Both the position numbers and the translations under genes were made by a program. Source: a virus. From it: a DNA stretch of 64,000 nt. Numbering within the stretch: the stretch's first letter is position 1; each line of letters begins with the position of its first letter. The notes under the pieces are model-generated. The model did no database searches. It saw nothing but the letters and a program-made list of their open reading frames with translations, and was not told the DNA's origin. The stretch lies in the IMG/VR virus record IMGVR_UViG_3300021962_000023, positions 1-64,000 of that record. One strand, given 5' to 3'. Below are positions 23,607 through 35,604 of the stretch, piece by piece.

Positions 23607-24410
23607 TTAAACCAAATTATTTTTAATAATATATTCATAAACATAGTTTGCCAATGTATTATATCCTAAATCACTTAAATGACCGGCTATATCTGTTGTA
23701 TATTTATTGGCATTTTCTAATTCAGAAATACTATCTATATTATGTGTATTTTTTAAAATAGATACGCTCTTATCATTCATAAATTGGTTTCCACCCAAAT
23801 TTAAAAAATACTCAACAAATGAAAATTTCATTTTTTCTAAAATAGTATCATTATCATTTAATGATAAATAATTTTTAGGGTCTATAAATTGTATCCAACT
23901 TTCTCTTGCCCAAAGAACATTTGAATCCAATTTGCCCATATTTAAAAAAAGATGTGGAATACCTTTTTGCTTAAAAAAGTTATGAAGGGATAAAGTATAC
24001 ATGATAGTATCATCAGTTCCTTTTGGTTCTAATTTTAGAATTTCAGCAAAATCTTTATTATGATACGGAATTTGATGTTTATATCCGTACATAGATTCAT
24101 TCCATTTTGTTCGAAAAAATTTCCTATCACTATCCTCTTTTAACTTTTCATAATCCAAATCATTGTATATATCTGTTACGAAAAATCTTTCAGGGTGAGA
24201 CCAAGAAATTAAAGCAAAATCAAAATGATTTTTTGAGATATCAATTAATGTTCTTCTGAAAATGGATTCATTACTACTTCCGCCAACAGAAGCTCTATGG
24301 CTTCCATTGGCTTCGGTATTAAATATTTTATATAATGAATTATTTTGATTTATAAATCCATCATTATCCAAAAAAGAACAGCTGTTCCAATATAACTTTT
24401 TTTTATTCAC
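23607..24410 (-). CDS. SGNH-hydrolase-like hypothetical protein
   Basis: NSCSF, GSSNESIFRR, C-terminal DIAGH. Confidence 0.55.
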   Translation of the reverse strand: MNKKKLYWNSCSFLDNDGFINQNNSLYKIFNTEANGSHRASVGGSSNESIFRRTLIDISKNHFDFALISWSHPERFFVTDIYNDLDYEKLKEDSDRKFFRTKWNESMYGYKHQIPYHNKDFAEILKLEPKGTDDTIMYTLSLHNFFKQKGIPHLFLNMGKLDSNVLWARESWIQFIDPKNYLSLNDNDTILEKMKFSFVEYFLNLGGNQFMNDKSVSILKNTHNIDSISELENANKYTTDIAGHLSDLGYNTLANYVYEYIIKNNLV

Positions 24411-24413
24411 AAA

Positions 24414-25271
24414 TTATGCTAATAAGTGGTAATATTCCTTAAAGTGTTTAATTCTATCTGGTAAACCAATAGTTCCACCATTTACTCTTTTGGTGATTGA
24501 TGTTACTACAACATCACTTGCTCCGTTATCTGCTAATTTGTTCAATCCGTTTTTAGACCAGAACCAAGCTGCCGATGCTAATGCGTATTTAGATGATACT
24601 AAATCTGGGTTAGATGGAATATCTACTCCAATTGCTTTACCAAATTGAGTGTAGTTATCTCTGCCCGTTAATTGGATATATCCTCTTCCTCTGAATTTGT
24701 AGCCATCCCCACTTGCTTCTGAACCATTTGCCATACGATTTGCATACACTTTGTTTGCAATCTTTTGTGGGTTTCTAGCGTAAGCTGCTGCTACCGCTTC
24801 AGTTGGGAAATATTTTCTAAAGATACCATTCAAACCTTTTGCTGAATAGTTTAAGTTCTCTTGCGTTACTCTGAATCCACCACTCTCATGTCCACATTGT
24901 GCTAAGAAGTGTGCAACTCTTAATGGGGTATTGATTCCAAATTTAGAAGCAACTTCTGGTATTGAATCAATTACAACTTGAGGAACATGTCCTTTAAGTT
25001 TATCTAATTTTAATCCTGCAACTTGCGGTGCCGGTGTAGATACTACGGGTGGAGTTGGTGTAGATAATGCTACTTGAGCTTGGATTGATTCGCCCATTAT
25101 CTTTGCCCAAGTTGCTGGTCCTACGATTCCATCTGGAGTTAATCCATTAGCCGATTGCCATTTCTTTACAGCCTCTTCAGTTTTTGGTCCGAAATTACCC
25201 ATAGGTTCTACACCCAATTTTGCTTGTAATTTCTTTACATCTTCGTTATTATCACCTTTTCTTAACAACAT
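24414..25271 (-). CDS. Endolysin: peptidoglycan-binding domain plus GH19
   Basis: PG_binding_1 (WQSANGLTPDGIVGPATW); AHFLAQCGHES, FRGRGYIQLTGRDNY, ASAAWFW, TKRVNGG. Confidence 0.95.
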   Translation of the reverse strand: MLLRKGDNNEDVKKLQAKLGVEPMGNFGPKTEEAVKKWQSANGLTPDGIVGPATWAKIMGESIQAQVALSTPTPPVVSTPAPQVAGLKLDKLKGHVPQVVIDSIPEVASKFGINTPLRVAHFLAQCGHESGGFRVTQENLNYSAKGLNGIFRKYFPTEAVAAAYARNPQKIANKVYANRMANGSEASGDGYKFRGRGYIQLTGRDNYTQFGKAIGVDIPSNPDLVSSKYALASAAWFWSKNGLNKLADNGASDVVVTSITKRVNGGTIGLPDRIKHFKEYYHLLA

Positions 25272-25283
25272 AGTAATTTAAGT

Positions 25284-26054
25284 TTAGTATTTTTCTACTT
25301 TTTTATAATCTAATATAGATATTGGTTTAACAACTATTTCGTTCCAAAGATATGTTTTATCATTTTTACATTTCTCCCAATTCCTACAAAGATTGTTTTC
25401 ATTATCTGGGTAGGAAAAACGAAATAAGTTTGCGGCTCTATTGCCACGGTCTGTAACCAAAGTCTTCGCATCAGATTGAAAAGCTGCTACTAACTTACCT
25501 TTTACTTTAACTAACACATTACTTTCGGGTCTGAAAAACTCTTTTGCCTGTGTAGTGAATGTTGAAATGGAATACTGAAATCCTTCTTCAATTCCATCTA
25601 TAATATTTTTTAATCCTTGTTCTGATGCCCAGTGTAGTGTTTCTACTTCGATATCAGTACTACCATATGTTTCTTGTGTAAATTCCTTATCTAATAACAC
25701 ATAAGGTTCTAATGCTCCTCTTGAATAGAAGAATGCAATTTTATCATTGTCGATATTTGCAATATATTTTCCAAATTCAGTTTTCAATCCCCATGCTCTA
25801 TGGTTCACAAAATCTTCAATGAAATCTAATACTTGCTTTTTAGTATATTCATCATATAATTCAGTTTCAACATATAGCTGATAACCAAAGTATTTATTAA
25901 TCAATCCTACTAATGTAGCGTTATCATCAATAACACCACCTCTTGTATCGTACCCTTGCTTTTCCAATGCCAAAAACTCATCAGCTATCTTTTCCCATTG
26001 GGCGATAGTGAAGAATAGATTTTCTGGTTTGTAATATCCTCTAACTGGGTACAT
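25284..26054 (-). CDS. Hypothetical protein
   Basis: 256-aa ORF. Confidence 0.8.
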   Translation of the reverse strand: MYPVRGYYKPENLFFTIAQWEKIADEFLALEKQGYDTRGGVIDDNATLVGLINKYFGYQLYVETELYDEYTKKQVLDFIEDFVNHRAWGLKTEFGKYIANIDNDKIAFFYSRGALEPYVLLDKEFTQETYGSTDIEVETLHWASEQGLKNIIDGIEEGFQYSISTFTTQAKEFFRPESNVLVKVKGKLVAAFQSDAKTLVTDRGNRAANLFRFSYPDNENNLCRNWEKCKNDKTYLWNEIVVKPISILDYKKVEKY

Positions 26055-26056
26055 AA

Positions 26057-27016
26057 TTATCCTTTAGTGCCGGTATCAGCGGCTTTTGCTTTAATACCAA
26101 TTGCTTCCGCAAATTTATTTGAACGATGTACTAATGGTACAATTGGTTCATCGATAACTCTTACATTCATTGGAATTTGCTTATCAGGATGTGATGCATT
26201 ATATGCTACAACTGCCGCCCATCTATGATGTCCATCTAATACATACCCATCATTGGATACATATATGGGTGCAGTGATTGCAGGATGTTGTGGATTTTCT
26301 TCCAATGCCTTACTCATACCTGCTACTTTTACACCAACTAATTCTGATTGAGTTGCTTTTAATCTATCAGGTGGAACTGCTACCGGATTGGATACATTAA
26401 TACCTTGTTTCTCCAACATTTGTTTAAAGAATTCTTCTGTATCGGCTTCTCCATTTTTATCTTTTGGCAACTTATCCGCCGGAGAACCTGGTTCAGGCGT
26501 TCCTTTAAATTGTGGCATATCCTCTCTCGGAATACCTTTGTTACCATCACAATATAAGTTAGTACCTGGAATTGAAACCTGGCATAAATTAAAGTTTGGT
26601 GCTTTTTCACCACTTGCTTTAGCCTGATTACCTAATTCTGCTAACTTATCAATGATAGTAGAAATTTGTTGTCTTTCTACGGGAGTTACTTGAGATAAAG
26701 GTTTGTTTGAAAAATCTCCACCTGGCATTAAATCTTTCAATTTTGGAATACCATTACCTTTTTCAGCAGATGTTTTCAAATCACTACCACTTACTTTTTG
26801 ACCTGAGTTTGTTTGTGTAGTATTTTGTGGAGTTTGAGTTGGCTGTGGTTCTCCTTTTGGTAATTGTCCGTTATTAGCTGCTTTAGCTTTTTGAATTTCC
26901 GCAGGACTTGGTTTATCGTGTTTATTTGGGTCAAAAGTTTGAACCACATAAACATTACCAGTTTTTTTGTTTTTTACAACTTCCTCTTCCTTTAATAAGG
27001 ATTTTAATCTAATCAT
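26057..27016 (-). CDS. ParB-N-like domain protein with MIRLKSLLKE N-terminus
   Basis: RLKATQSEL...PIYVSNDGYVLDGHHRWAA. Confidence 0.75.
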   Translation of the reverse strand: MIRLKSLLKEEEVVKNKKTGNVYVVQTFDPNKHDKPSPAEIQKAKAANNGQLPKGEPQPTQTPQNTTQTNSGQKVSGSDLKTSAEKGNGIPKLKDLMPGGDFSNKPLSQVTPVERQQISTIIDKLAELGNQAKASGEKAPNFNLCQVSIPGTNLYCDGNKGIPREDMPQFKGTPEPGSPADKLPKDKNGEADTEEFFKQMLEKQGINVSNPVAVPPDRLKATQSELVGVKVAGMSKALEENPQHPAITAPIYVSNDGYVLDGHHRWAAVVAYNASHPDKQIPMNVRVIDEPIVPLVHRSNKFAEAIGIKAKAADTGTKG

Positions 27017-27017
27017 T

Positions 27018-27158
27018 TTAGTTTATCTTTCCTTGTCCTCTGTATTTCTTTGGCTTTTGTGCTTTTGGGCCATAACTCTTTGTACCGGAACCTGGGCCTG
27101 TTCTTCTTTTACCAAACGAAACTTTCTGCGATGCCGCAGATGATTTTGCTTTTGCCAT
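27018..27158 (-). CDS. 46-aa basic protein (below the ORF-track cutoff)
   Basis: MAKAKSSAASQKVSFGKRRTGPGSGTKSYGPKAQKPKKYRGQGKIN*; abuts the next start codon. Confidence 0.65.
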   Translation of the reverse strand: MAKAKSSAASQKVSFGKRRTGPGSGTKSYGPKAQKPKKYRGQGKIN

Positions 27159-27192
27159 TTTGTTATTCTCTGATTTTTACTTTACTGATTTA

Positions 27193-27423
27193 TTACTTTG
27201 TTGCCTTAGCTTTCTTAGCTCTTACTTTAGCAACCGATGCTTCTACTTGTGCTACCGTAGCTTCAACTTCAGCTTTTACTTTCTTAGCTTTTGCAGTAGT
27301 TTTTTTAACTTCCTTAATTACTTCAGGAGCTTTTTCCGCTACTTCCTCTACGAAAGATTCAACTTGCTTTTCAATAGTATCTGCTTTTTTGAAAAGACTT
27401 TTTAAGAATGAAAATAATCCCAT
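27193..27423 (-). CDS. Small Lys/Ala/Glu-rich protein with amphipathic N-terminus
   Basis: MGLFSFLKSLF...; TATTTAT motif upstream. Confidence 0.7.
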   Translation of the reverse strand: MGLFSFLKSLFKKADTIEKQVESFVEEVAEKAPEVIKEVKKTTAKAKKVKAEVEATVAQVEASVAKVRAKKAKATK

Positions 27424-27465
27424 TGTTTTTTGGTTTTAGTGAACAATTTATTTTAAATATAAATA

Positions 27466-27783
27466 TTAATTTTTTTTGGAAAATACTTGTCCGTAAAATT
27501 CGTAATTTTTATGTACTGATTCTTCATCATCTAAATCGATTGCTTCCTTTTCATCTCTGTAAATGGCATCAACAGGACATTCGGGAATACAAGCGCCACA
27601 TAAAATACACATTGACGGGTCTATATAAAGTTGTTTATCAAAAAGTTCGTCTTTTGACATTGATTTTACTTCAGCTCCCATCCTATCAATGTGAATAGGT
27701 CCGTTTATACAATCAACAGGACACGCATCAACGCACGATGTATCCACACATCCAACACAATTTTTTCCAATTATAAAACTCAT
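27466..27783 (-). CDS. Ferredoxin (dicluster 4Fe-4S / 7Fe type)
   Basis: CVGCVDTSCVDACPVDCI and CILCGACIPECPVDAI. Confidence 0.93.
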   Translation of the reverse strand: MSFIIGKNCVGCVDTSCVDACPVDCINGPIHIDRMGAEVKSMSKDELFDKQLYIDPSMCILCGACIPECPVDAIYRDEKEAIDLDDEESVHKNYEFYGQVFSKKN

Positions 27784-28142
27784 AGAGTATCTCCTTTATA
27801 TATTCTATAACTATCATAATCAAAATGTTCTGTTGAAACTTCAAATACAATTGATTCAGGTTCCAATGCAATTAGTTGATGCGGCTTTCCTCTTTCGATA
27901 TATACCGAATCACCGACATTAAGTATATCTTTATGCAATGTTGCGGTTTTGGTATCAATCCAATGAAATTCAAATGCACCTTTTTGAATATACCAAGTTT
28001 CATTTTTAATCATATGGTAATGCATTGAAAATCTACTACCTTCGTTTGTGAATACTAATAGTTTTCCACAATATTGAGAATCATTATGTATCCATAATTC
28101 ATATCCCCATCCTTTTTCTACTTTTGTAGGTTTCATTTTCAT
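27780..28142 (-). CDS. Cupin, mannose-6-phosphate-isomerase type
   Basis: VEKGWGYE, SMHYHMIKNETW, PHQL. Confidence 0.85.
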   Translation of the reverse strand: MKMKPTKVEKGWGYELWIHNDSQYCGKLLVFTNEGSRFSMHYHMIKNETWYIQKGAFEFHWIDTKTATLHKDILNVGDSVYIERGKPHQLIALEPESIVFEVSTEHFDYDSYRIYKGDTL

Positions 28143-28567
28143 AATTGATTTTTTAAATGCGATGATGATTGAATTTTATCACCCAACCCATCCACTAATT
28201 CAATACCTAATCTATTGCATAATTCTTTTTCTAAAATACTATCTCCAAACTGGTCTCCACCATTAGTAAACAAGTATTTATCTGCTTTAAGAAATTTATG
28301 AATGAATTCTATACTACGATTTACACTTCTGTCATCATCTATTGATACTAAAGTATAATCGACAGACTTTAATTCATCTATGATTGCTTTTCGTTCTAAT
28401 TCATTCTGAAATACTTTAGAGCCTTTTAATCCGACTTGTATATCGTTATTAATTATAACCATAAGCGAGTCTCCCAATTCTTTACTTCTTTTAAGATATT
28501 CGATATGTCCTCTATGTAGAGGGTTAAAATATCCACTTGCGATAACTAATGTTTTAATCTTCGCCAT
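28139..28567 (-). CDS. Cytidylyltransferase-like nucleotidyltransferase (RfaE-II/TagD type)
   Basis: SGYFNPLHRGH HxGH motif, FTNGGD. Confidence 0.88.
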   Translation of the reverse strand: MAKIKTLVIASGYFNPLHRGHIEYLKRSKELGDSLMVIINNDIQVGLKGSKVFQNELERKAIIDELKSVDYTLVSIDDDRSVNRSIEFIHKFLKADKYLFTNGGDQFGDSILEKELCNRLGIELVDGLGDKIQSSSHLKNQL

Positions 28568-28802
28568 ATAATGAGAATCGTTTTACTACTTTTTCTACTT
28601 CTGCTTGCTTTACTATTTCTACCGTTCCTTTTCTTGCTTCAATATAAAAGTTGGTATCTCCATTGATTTGAAACCAACCTTCTAAAGCATCAGTAAGAGA
28701 TGGATAAATGCCTTTTTGACTACCATCGGCAAATATCCATCTATCTCCTGGTGGAACTCGTTTAAGAACTAGTATTTTTTCTTCTTTGAGTTCTTTTTCC
28801 AT
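28554..28802 (-). CDS. Hypothetical protein
   Basis: ORF coupled to its neighbours; start placed at MEKELK. Confidence 0.7.
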   Translation of the reverse strand: MEKELKEEKILVLKRVPPGDRWIFADGSQKGIYPSLTDALEGWFQINGDTNFYIEARKGTVEIVKQAEVEKVVKRFSLYGED

Positions 28803-28803
28803 A

Positions 28804-29010
28804 TTAGAATACTTCAATAATGTTTGTTTCTGATACTTTTACTACTTCGTACTCCAAGTTTACACCTTCTGATACGAACTTCTTAACTAACTTAGCTTCT
28901 GCTTCCGTTACAGACATTGCATCTACTAAATAGTTTTCCTTTTGTTTTTTGATTTTACCTTTAGCATCTTCAACTTCGATTGCTACTTGTACTGAATAAA
29001 ACTTTGCCAT
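28804..29010 (-). CDS. DUF4494-like protein (Bacteroidota family)
   Basis: GKIKKQKENYLVDAMSVTEAEA. Confidence 0.75.
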   Translation of the reverse strand: MAKFYSVQVAIEVEDAKGKIKKQKENYLVDAMSVTEAEAKLVKKFVSEGVNLEYEVVKVSETNIIEVF

Positions 29011-29044
29011 AATTGTTTGTTTTTGTTTATAATTGATTTAAATT

Positions 29045-30712
<1,668 letters not shown>

Positions 30713-30726
30713 TTAATTTTCCAAAT

Positions 30727-30756
30727 AAAAATGGGGAGAATTTCTTCCCCCCATTA
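30727..30756 (-). terminator. Intrinsic terminator after the TonB-dependent receptor gene
   Basis: AUGGGG..CCCCAU stem plus UUUUAUUU; Bacteroidota promoter TATCTTTG at 30693-30701 follows for groL. Confidence 0.75.
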
Positions 30757-30777
30757 AAATTTAGTTTATATTTGAAA

Positions 30778-33700
30778 TTATTTTCCAAAGATATAACGAA
30801 TACCTAATTGAGCACTCCACACATCAAATACTGATGAATTGTACTGATAAGTATCTCTAGCTAAGATAGTAGAACCATCTGCTAATTTTTGAGTTGCCAT
30901 CTTATAAACTGGTTCACCATTTGTCACAGTTGAGTAGTTTAAGATAGTTGGGATAGTTGCTCTTTGAGAAACACCCCACTCATTATTCAATAAGTTACCA
31001 AAGTTTAAGATATCTGCTCTGATTTGGATAGTGTTCTTTTTACCTTTAACATTCACATAGATATCTTGTACAACCGATAAGTCGAATCTATGTAACATTG
31101 GTAAGAATGAACCATTTCTTTCAGCGTATTGTCCTCTACGGGTAGATAAATACTCATCTTGTCCGATGTAAGAATCAAATGCTGCTTGTTGTTCAGCTTC
31201 AGTATAAGTTCTTGTACCTACTACCAATGGTGCGAATTTGATATCAGAACCTTTGTTTGGTACAAAGATTAACTCATTATTAGAGATTCTATCTCCGTTC
31301 ATATCTCCACCGATTGTGTAAGAGAAAGGAGAACCCTGATTTCCTACATAACCTAATGTGAATGAAGTTGCTCCACCCATACCTTTACCATATTCTAATC
31401 TATATCCTAACAAACCAACTAAACGATTTGGAGATAAGAAATCCGAATTGGATAAAGATAAATCATTATTACCATTGATACTTCTAGCACCTGTCCAAGA
31501 ACCACTAGCGATTGAACCTGCACTCATAAAGTCTTTAGCATCTGAAACTGTCCATGCGAATGAACCGAAAATACCTTTTTGATATGGATATTCTAATTTC
31601 AATGTCAATGAATTGAAACGAGTATTATCTGAATTAGTTAATACGATTGCGTTTGAAACATTACCATTTACTCTAACACCAGCATCAGTTCCTGCATACT
31701 TTGCTCTCTTATCAACTCCTGCGAATACACCAGTTGGAACGCCAAAGTTTGCGTTGTAATAATGAACTGCATTTAAGTTTACATTTTGGATATATTCAGC
31801 CGTACCGATGAAACCAAATGGTAATTTTTGGTCAACTGCGATATTTGATTTCCAAACTTGTGGGAACTTATAGTTCTCTTCAGTAAATGCTAAATCAAAT
31901 GTGGATGGTAAAGTTGGAGTTGATGGAATAAAGTATTTGTTAGGGTCAGCGGTGAAACCATATTTAGCTGCTGCTGAACCACTCACATCGATATATCCTG
32001 TCAATACACCATTGTTACCAACTTGGTTTGAAATGAATACATATGGAGGTCTACCAGTGAAGATACCCGTACCACCTCTAACTTGCGTTTTTCTATCACC
32101 AAATACATCGTGATTAAATCCGAAACGAGGTTCAAAAAGTGTTTGTGTTTTTGGTAACACACCTGTATTAAATCTCAATCCACCTGCGAATGTCATTGCT
32201 GATACCGCTGGATTTTCTAATGCAGTTTGTTCGAATGAAATAACTGCCGCTCTTAAACCAAAAGTAAACTTTAAGTTTTCAGTTGCTTGGAATTCATCTT
32301 GTCCGTAAACATCCAATCTATCAGTTTTCAATGTTTGCATTGGGTCAACTGCTCCTGGTAATGCCGAATAACGGAATTGGAAACGAGCTGGAACTAATGT
32401 AGAAGGTGCTCCACCATTTGCTAATGATTGATTAGCTGCTGTGTAGAAATCATTTAAACTATTGAAGATATAAACACCATTAGATGCTGGGAAGAATAAG
32501 TTATTAGATTGATACTTCTCATAGTTGAAACCAAATGTTAAAGTGTGTTTGTCTGCATACTTTGTTAAGTTGTTTGTAATATGGAAAGTATTGTAATCTA
32601 ACTTATTTCCTGGAGTGAATGGGTCAAAACCCACTGATGTAAGAGTTGTTGCACCATCTTTAATATCAATCGTTGGGAACATTTGAGAACGATACGCTCT
32701 ATCCTCAATCTGCTTGTCATATCCAACGATTAAGTTATTATGTAATGTGTTTGATAATTTAGAGTTCAATTCCAATACATAAGAACGAGTGTTATCCATA
32801 ATAATGTAACCACTATTTTGGAAACTCATTGCTAATGCCGAAGTTGTTCTATTACCAAATCCTGCAGATGTAGAGTTTGAAATATTAATCTCTGCATCAG
32901 AATCATGTTGTACATAACGAGCCGTTAATTTATGCTTATCATTGATGTTCCAATCCATACGAATCAAAAACTTCTTTGATGTATTTGCGTTGGAATATCC
33001 TTCAAACGGACCCGTTGTGTAGTTAAACTTATCTTGCATAAATTTAGATAAGTCCGATAATTGTGTATAAGTTGGTCTACTAACTTGCGAACCTGTCAAT
33101 GGAGAACCTGTTGAAATCCAAGTTGTACCTGGTTCAGTTTTCTCAATTTGTTCGTAGTTACCAAAGATGAATAATTTGTTCTTAATGATTGGTGCACCTA
33201 AACGGAAACCTTGTACCTTCTCATCAAATTTGGATGCCGTTACTTTAGTTCCTCTAGCGTTATCACCTACATATGTAGAACTATTATTTCTTTGTGTTTG
33301 ATATACAGAACCTTCAATTTCGTTTGTACCACTTCGTGTTACTGCATTGATACCTGCGCCAGTAAACCCACTCTGACGAATATCAAAAGGTGCAATATTA
33401 ACCTGAAGTTGCTCAATCGCATCTAAAGAGATTGCCGATGCTCCCGTTCTACCACCTGCCTGTGCAGATGAACCTAAACCGAATCCATTATTGAATTGAG
33501 AACCATCAATTGTAAAATTGTTCAAACGAGAATCTTGTGCTCCGAAAGAGTTTCCGTTTCCGTTTGGATTGTATTTAGTAATACCATCGATTGTTCTTGC
33601 TCCCGTAATTGGAATGTTTTGTAAATCTCTACGAGTAAATTGTTGAGATGCACCTGTTCTTTCTCTCGATATAATATTGTTTCGAGTAGAAACTACAACA

Positions 33701-34047
33701 ACCTCTTTTAAGGTTTTGTTCTCATCAACTAATAAGAAATTCACATTTGATGTAATACCTAATTGAGTATTAACATCTGTAACTTCCTCTTTCTTCGTAC
33801 CAACAAATGTTGCTTGAATTGTGTAAGGTCCTCCTACTCTAACAGCAGGTAACACATAACTACCCAACTTATTGGTAGATGTAGAATACTTCGTACCAGT
33901 TGGAGTGTGTACTGCTTGGATTGTTGCTCCAACCAACACTTCGTTTTTCTCATTCTTTACAACACCTGAAATTGAGGAAGTGGTTACTTGTCCAAATCCT
34001 ACAAAAGCAGATACTGAAAGGAGAAGCGATAAAATCACTTTTTTCAT
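30778..34047 (-). CDS. TonB-dependent receptor (Oar-like, N-terminal carboxypeptidase-regulatory domain)
   Basis: Signal peptide, plug (ISLDAIEQLQV..DIRQSGFTGAGINAVTRSGTN), beta-barrel ending AQLGIRYIF. Confidence 0.93.
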   Translation of the reverse strand: MKKVILSLLLSVSAFVGFGQVTTSSISGVVKNEKNEVLVGATIQAVHTPTGTKYSTSTNKLGSYVLPAVRVGGPYTIQATFVGTKKEEVTDVNTQLGITSNVNFLLVDENKTLKEVVVVSTRNNIISRERTGASQQFTRRDLQNIPITGARTIDGITKYNPNGNGNSFGAQDSRLNNFTIDGSQFNNGFGLGSSAQAGGRTGASAISLDAIEQLQVNIAPFDIRQSGFTGAGINAVTRSGTNEIEGSVYQTQRNNSSTYVGDNARGTKVTASKFDEKVQGFRLGAPIIKNKLFIFGNYEQIEKTEPGTTWISTGSPLTGSQVSRPTYTQLSDLSKFMQDKFNYTTGPFEGYSNANTSKKFLIRMDWNINDKHKLTARYVQHDSDAEINISNSTSAGFGNRTTSALAMSFQNSGYIIMDNTRSYVLELNSKLSNTLHNNLIVGYDKQIEDRAYRSQMFPTIDIKDGATTLTSVGFDPFTPGNKLDYNTFHITNNLTKYADKHTLTFGFNYEKYQSNNLFFPASNGVYIFNSLNDFYTAANQSLANGGAPSTLVPARFQFRYSALPGAVDPMQTLKTDRLDVYGQDEFQATENLKFTFGLRAAVISFEQTALENPAVSAMTFAGGLRFNTGVLPKTQTLFEPRFGFNHDVFGDRKTQVRGGTGIFTGRPPYVFISNQVGNNGVLTGYIDVSGSAAAKYGFTADPNKYFIPSTPTLPSTFDLAFTEENYKFPQVWKSNIAVDQKLPFGFIGTAEYIQNVNLNAVHYYNANFGVPTGVFAGVDKRAKYAGTDAGVRVNGNVSNAIVLTNSDNTRFNSLTLKLEYPYQKGIFGSFAWTVSDAKDFMSAGSIASGSWTGARSINGNNDLSLSNSDFLSPNRLVGLLGYRLEYGKGMGGATSFTLGYVGNQGSPFSYTIGGDMNGDRISNNELIFVPNKGSDIKFAPLVVGTRTYTEAEQQAAFDSYIGQDEYLSTRRGQYAERNGSFLPMLHRFDLSVVQDIYVNVKGKKNTIQIRADILNFGNLLNNEWGVSQRATIPTILNYSTVTNGEPVYKMATQKLADGSTILARDTYQYNSSVFDVWSAQLGIRYIFGK

Positions 34048-34090
34048 ACTTGTTTTGTTTTTGTTAAAAAATTGTTTTAATTGTTAAAAT

Positions 34091-34118
34091 AAAAAAGGGG
34101 TACACTTTCATGTACCCC
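34091..34118 (-). terminator. Intrinsic terminator
   Basis: GGGGUAC/GUACCCC plus UUUUUU. Confidence 0.85.
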
Positions 34119-34128
34119 ACTGGGTTTA

Positions 34129-34299
34129 CTACTTCGATTCCTCAACAGATGCCTGTCTATAATCCGTAACTAATTTTTTTAAGTCACCGATTGCCGTTCG
34201 AGCGTTCTTTTGAGATACTTTTGTTGTCTTGTTGTGTTCTTCCACAAATGTGTTCCATAATTTACTCATCTGTTCGAACAATTCTTGCTTTTTAGCCAT
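34129..34299 (-). CDS. Histone H1-like (Hc1-type, Bacteroidota) small protein
   Basis: 56 aa MAKKQELFEQM...KNARTAIGDLKKLVTDYRQASVEESK; own promoter (34318) and terminator. Confidence 0.7.
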   Translation of the reverse strand: MAKKQELFEQMSKLWNTFVEEHNKTTKVSQKNARTAIGDLKKLVTDYRQASVEESK

Positions 34300-34351
34300 A
34301 ATTTAAAATTTTAATTAAACAAATATAAGGAAACTTTTTTACATTTCCAAA

Positions 34352-34552
34352 TTATCTTCCTCTTCTTCTACGAAGTTCCATTTCTTTTAGATAGTGAGCC
34401 TTCCAATGGTATTCAACTGAAATAGGTCCATTTTGAAACTTATTCAAATCGTATTTCCATACACATCTTGAATCTTCATCTTCGAATACATATTCAAATT
34501 TTTTCCGATTTTCCGGTTTACTATTGTTTTCTTTAGTTACTTTTAGTGCCAT
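34352..34552 (-). CDS. Hypothetical small protein
   Basis: 66 aa after the promoter at 34558. Confidence 0.7.
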   Translation of the reverse strand: MALKVTKENNSKPENRKKFEYVFEDEDSRCVWKYDLNKFQNGPISVEYHWKAHYLKEMELRRRRGR

Positions 34553-34576
34553 ATTTTACAAATATACAAAAAATAT

Positions 34577-35604
34577 TTATATTTGCCAAGTCCTTAACCC
34601 AAATTTATTAAAAGTAAATGGCTGATTGTATCCAATTTTTAATTTATCCAATTCTTTTATTACTTCATATTTTGTATTATTCGGGCAATAAAAGAAAATA
34701 AACCCACCACCACCTGCTCCACTTATTTTACCACCGGTAGCCCCATGTTTAAGTGCGGTATTGTATAATTTTTGAATTTCTGATGTTGTTATTCCACTAG
34801 CTAATTGAGTTTTTTGTTTGAATCCGTAATCCAATACCTCACCCAACTCTTCTATCTTTCCTCTAATTAAACAATCCTTTATAAGTTTTGCTTGTTCTAC
34901 CAATCCATGCAGAGATAGTAACGATGTCTTATTATCCTCTTCGATTTTCTTAACTTGTTCTTCCAATACATCCGAGCTCTTTCGGGTGAAATTTGTAAAA
35001 TAAAGAACGATATTGTTTTCCAATTCATCTTGTACTTTATCTTTTATACGAAGTGGATTAACTATCACATCATCTCCCTTAAACTCCATATAATTCCATC
35101 CACCAAATGCGGCAGCATATTGGTCTTGCTTTCCACCATTCTCTTTCAATTCATTTCTTTCGATTTGAACTGCCATATCAGCAATATCATATTCTCCTAA
35201 AGGTAAATTGAATAATTCCATATAAACACCTATAATCGAAACTATAAGAGTTGATGATGTTCCCAGTCCACTACCCGTTGGTACATCTTGATATGAAACT
35301 ATATCACAACCAAATGGTTCTATTTTAAATCGTTTACAAATGTGATTATGAGTTGCTTTAAAGAGTTTTAATCCATATGAACAATCTAACTCACTACTGA
35401 AATCGTGCTCTTCAAATTCATCCTTATTTACCCACTTAAATGTAATTTTAGTATCATCTCTTAATTCTAAAGATGTGTGTGTAAATAAACGAATAGTTGT
35501 ATTGATTACTGCTCCAGTATGATTTTTTGTATAAGATGGCATATCAGTACCACCACCACCAAAACTAATCCTGAACGGAACTTTGCTCCTGTAAATTTTC
35601 TTCA
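34577..35604 (-). CDS. GHMP kinase, D-glycero-D-manno-heptose 7-phosphate kinase (HddA)-like
   Basis: PFRISFGGGGTD, DVPTGSGLGTSS, GGKQDQYAAAFGG, KISGAGGGGF; start placed at MKKIY. Confidence 0.88.
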
